DNA of 61,875 nt, filler included, from Basidiobolus ranarum (lineage: Eukaryota), in the NCBI GenBank assembly GCA_040143965.1. It is 19 parts of 19 records of this genome, joined end to end, with 100 filler letters (N's around TTAATTAATTAA, not from the genome) between each part and the next. Parts side by side here need not be neighbours in the genome. Positions count along the whole stretch, not along the records: positions 58,727 to 61,875 come from JASJQH010002694.1; 18 more parts are not named here. One strand, written 5' to 3'. The stretch's first letter is position 1, and each line of letters opens with the position of its first letter. A program made the translations under genes and the position numbers. The notes beneath the pieces are model-generated. The model was not told the DNA's origin. It saw only the letters and a list, made by a program, of their open reading frames with translations, and made no database searches. Shown here piece after piece: positions 59,364-61,875 of the stretch.

Positions 59364-61875
59364 TCAAGTCAAGTTTGATCCAGAATGTATGAATTTTAAG
59401 CAAAGATTCACCGTACCTTCCAAATATTTGAAAATCCATTTAAATGCTATCATTTGATAAGATCCTGAATTTTGAAGAAATTGGCACATAACTCCCAGAA
59501 AAAATGAAATATCTGGCTGTATTTCAACCATGCTATGCATCAAACTACAAAACAAGCTTTATAAGGAAACTTCTTGCTTTTATTCAAATTCAAGAATATT
59601 TGATTTGAGCCTTTTTGGTTATGCCAAGATTAGTCTCCATCAGGGTAGACAATGGATTACATTCTTCAATTTTAAAATTCATTATTACATCTAGGACATA
59701 CTTGACTAGCTTAAAGTTATTGTTTTGCTATTTATATTTATCTTAATTTGGGTTCCAAGACATATATCAGCTTACCATACTTGGTCAATTGAATTTGGCA
59801 GATAAGCTGGATTTAGCTCTCTCCAAAGTATGCAAACTTTTTTAGGGTTTTCTGGGAATATATATCCATCTGGCTGGTACATATAGATCTCATCAGCAAG
59901 CTCACCCATCAAGGAGGCTGCTTAACATCCTTTTGATGTATAATAAACTGTTGTTTAGCTGAAACTGTCGAAAATTTTTAAATTGAAATAATGTTGGCTA
60001 CATGAGCAAATATTTCCATGTAACTCATTCCTGGTGTTTGGTAATAGCCTTTGGCACTAGTCTAGCATTGTTTCTTTCTATATTGCCATCAGAGTTGTAT
60101 TTAACTTTAAACACCCAATGGCAGCCAATCAATCGTGTATTGTTGTGTAAATTGGTTAAAATCCAAGTTTGATTATCAATTAAAGCCTAATACTCCTCAG
60201 CCATTGCAGATCTCAAAATATCATGTAAGAGCTATTCCACGCCTCTTTTACAGTCCAGGGTTCATGTATTTGCACTGTGCAGGTGAAGGCCCAATTTAAG
60301 AGCTTATTGATATTGCAATCAGGGCTATTTTGTGGGTGAAATATTTTCATTTTCACAAAACAACACATTACTGGTCTTGAATTAATTTCAAATTTTGATA
60401 TCATAGAGTCTGTAGGCCTTAGTTTGAGTGCATTACCCAGGAATATGCATTTTTTACTTTTTGGATCAAATTTAGACCAATTTTTGGTCACAATTGTGAC
60501 CTAAGCAATGCATCTAAAGATCTTGAAATATTTTGCATCTGGTTAAACTCAAAACCCAGATTTATATGCTGAGAAGTTAGACAGACTTCTTGTGAAACCC
60601 CAAATTGTCAGATATATAACTGTAGCAATAGATTCCACCCCAAAGTTTTGAGACAAATTTGTGCATTTATCATAGATTGTGCTGTTTCATTCATAGTTCT
60701 TTTAGCTCTTTCAGCAACTCCACCTTGTTGGGGTAAATAGGGGGCATTAGTTTCTTGCTTGTTACCATGAACTTTGCACTTGTAACTAAGTTGTGCTCAA
60801 GTTTATTCTCCACCATTGTCAGTACATACTTTCTTCATCATAGAGCTGGTTTAAGTCTCCACAAGTGTTTCAAGGTCTCTAGAGGTAGAGATAGCTTCTT
60901 CTTTTCCTTCAATAAAGTATACCCAAGTGTGTGTTGTATAAGAATTAAAAAAGGTGATCAACTATATTCTTTTAGCCAAGGATAGATTTTCCATAGGTCC
61001 ACACTAATCTACACTAATTAGATCCAATTTTGTTACAGAAGTGACTATACCAGAGCTCTTGAATGATTGCCTGGCTTCTTTTCCTTATATAAAGGCCTCA
61101 CAAATTTTCATTTTGGTTAGGGGGCTTGTTTGAATACCAGAAATTAAGTACTTTTTGATCATTTTGCTCAAATAATCAAATTCAATACAGCCAAATCTCT
61201 TATGCCATAATTGAATAGTTTTTCAATCAGAATAACATACATTTACACATAAATCTCTTGATAATATGTCAGTTTGCTTGAGTTATAATATTTTTCTCCC
61301 AAAGTAAAGTAATTCCCATTTTGGACAGTGATGGTACATCCAGACTAATCAAAATTGAATCATAGCCATGCAGAGATGGTCTTGCATATGGATATTAATT
61401 ACTTGGCCAGATTTGGACTATGTAATATATCCTTAATTGTATATACTTTCCCTTCAGAAGCCTCAGTTAAATTACCTTGTATTGTTCCCATTCTAATGGC
61501 ATCCAATGTGCCATCATCTCCCACAAAAACCTCTCTAATTGGGATTTCTTCATAATCCACATAACCAATGTTTTACATTTCTAAGATGTTGGGAAGCTCC
61601 AGAATCAATTGACTTGTTACATTGTATTGAGCCAGATCAGGCCAGCTAAAAAGTGTGACAGCACAAATAGGCAGCATTGGGCACTATGTGGCCTGCTGTT
61701 ATTTGCCATTTAGAAACGGTATTTTTGCATATGTGGTATATTTAGGAAAAGTGCTTTCAGACATTATTGCATAATCAAAAGATGATGGAAGCTTTATTCA
61801 CAGTGTTGTAAGACTAGAGCTCTCAATGGGTATCTTTGAGTATGAATGTATTGAGAATTAATCAAGATTTTGACT
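59364..61875 (-). mobile_element. Decayed Ty1/copia retrotransposon pol (protease-integrase-RT order)
   Basis: IDSGASQH; LWHKRFG; DL...D.CGPM; PQQGGVAER; KFDPKSKKCIFLG; EP.TVKEA; GCHWVFKVKYNSDG...ARLVAKGY; EIYMYQPDGY; QPDISF; many stops and frameshifts. Confidence 0.95.

Overview
This is not one locus. It is 19 unlinked contigs of about 3.15-3.18 kb, sorted by decreasing length and joined by artificial 100-bp spacers (N-TTAATTAATTAA-N), so adjacency across spacers is meaningless. The DNA is eukaryotic and fungal, with short GT-AG introns. The gene content suggests an early-diverging fungus (Zoopagomycota/Mucoromycota-like, possibly Basidiobolus-like; inference). Recognisable genes are HNT1, two H2A copies, RQC1/TCF25, RAX2, GPI18, an FAD monooxygenase, a subtilisin fragment, a SNG1/DUF3533 protein, a 7TM(-RGS) protein, a fungal transcription factor fragment, a CBM19 protein and tRNA-Arg(TCG). 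About a third of the window is decayed, CpG-depleted transposable elements: a CCC-ended CACTA family, Ty1/copia with 329-bp LTRs, and Ty3/gypsy. The most notable items are: (1) contig 9820-12990, which looks like giant-virus (Nucleocytoviricota) DNA, with an intronless divergent RPB5, a C3H zinc-finger ORF and flanking higher-order arrays built from 12-mers; (2) a D5-like primase-helicase remnant beside a tRNA gene; (3) a secreted fungal protein with three pacifastin-like protease-inhibitor modules; (4) a tandem array of orphan secreted proteins.
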